Origin: Felis catus
Taxonomy: Eukaryota
DNA length: 64,000 bases
Reading direction: 5' to 3'
NCBI RefSeq assembly: GCF_018350175.1
Contig: NC_058368.1
Location: 34,412,001-34,476,000, forward strand
Of this stretch, positions 63,236 through 64,000 are shown piece by piece. The notes under the pieces were generated by a model. It saw only the letters and a list, made by a program, of their open reading frames with translations, did not search any database and was not told where the DNA came from. A program made the translations under genes and the position numbers. Position 1 is the first letter of the stretch; each line of letters begins with the position of its first letter.

Positions 63236-63457
63236 TTTATTTTTTACTTTTTTTTAAGTTTATTTATTTGTGACAGAGACAGAGTGCGAGCATGAGCTGG
63301 GGAGGGGCAGAGAGAGAAGGAGACACAGAATCTGAAGCAGGCTCCAGGCTCCAAGCTTTCAGCACAGAGCCTGATGTGGGGCTCGAACTTACGAACCATG
63401 AGATCACGACCTGGGCCGAAGTCGGACGCTTAACCGACTGAGCCACCCGGGCGCCTT
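63236..63457 (-). mobile_element. CAN-SINE
   Basis: Perfect TSD ctgtctaatttta at 63223-63235 and 63458-63470. Confidence 0.96.
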
Positions 63458-64000
63458 CTGTCTAATTTTAAAACATAAATTACCTCACTTTACTCACTCT
63501 GAAAATTTTCTTTGGACACAGCTGGGTATTAAGAAATACATTAATAATTAATAGAGAATGTAACAAAAACCAACTCACCATAATCCTCCATAAATTGGTT
63601 CCCAGAATCTTTTTGTCCCGCAGTATGCTCTGTTGTCTGTTTCTCCTCTTCCATTCACGTCATCCCTATAGATTAATAACATTTTAGAAATTCACTTAAT
63701 GCCATTAAATGAGATTTTGAGAGACAGAAGAAATACATGTGCACGTTAATATAACCTTTGCGTACCTAAGGACCATTTAAACATTTTAAAGCTGTAATTC
63801 ATATAATCCAACCTCAGAGTGGTGTTTTGTCAAAACATAATTCAACAATATGAGAAATGTTAAAATTCCCTTGCACTATTTTAACAGCATAGAGTGTGGA
63901 GGGGACATATGGTTCAGAGTAAAACTGCCTAATGCACTTCACAGCCACACCTTTTTCTTTCATATCTCTTTCTTAAAAACTTGTTTCCCAATACATTTCA

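Overview
This is AT-rich eukaryotic (mammalian) DNA from a carnivore, almost certainly a felid. The evidence is about 23 tRNA-derived CAN-SINEs, including young SINEC_Fc-type copies, and two near-consensus cat-type L1 3' ends. I recognise no protein-coding gene, rRNA, true tRNA gene or CRISPR array, and most of the supplied ORFs fall in SINEs, LINEs or microsatellites. The window looks intergenic or deep-intronic. It is a layered transposon record: ancient L3/CR1 (with readable RT motifs), L2, MIR, L1M families, MLT1/LTR16/ERV1-type LTRs, an ERVL gag relic, then carnivore L1s and SINEs. The most notable structures read directly from the sequence are a 5'-inverted (twin-primed) L1 with TSD, a probable L1 3' transduction, a triplicated target site from stacked SINE and L1 insertions, and tight inverted SINE pairs. 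There are also two well-formed candidate exons (possible lncRNA), several transcription-factor motif clusters in unique DNA, and an 8-mer repeated at an exact 33-bp period. I found no convincing novel biological system. Subfamily names are recalled from consensus sequences and boundaries of old repeats are approximate.
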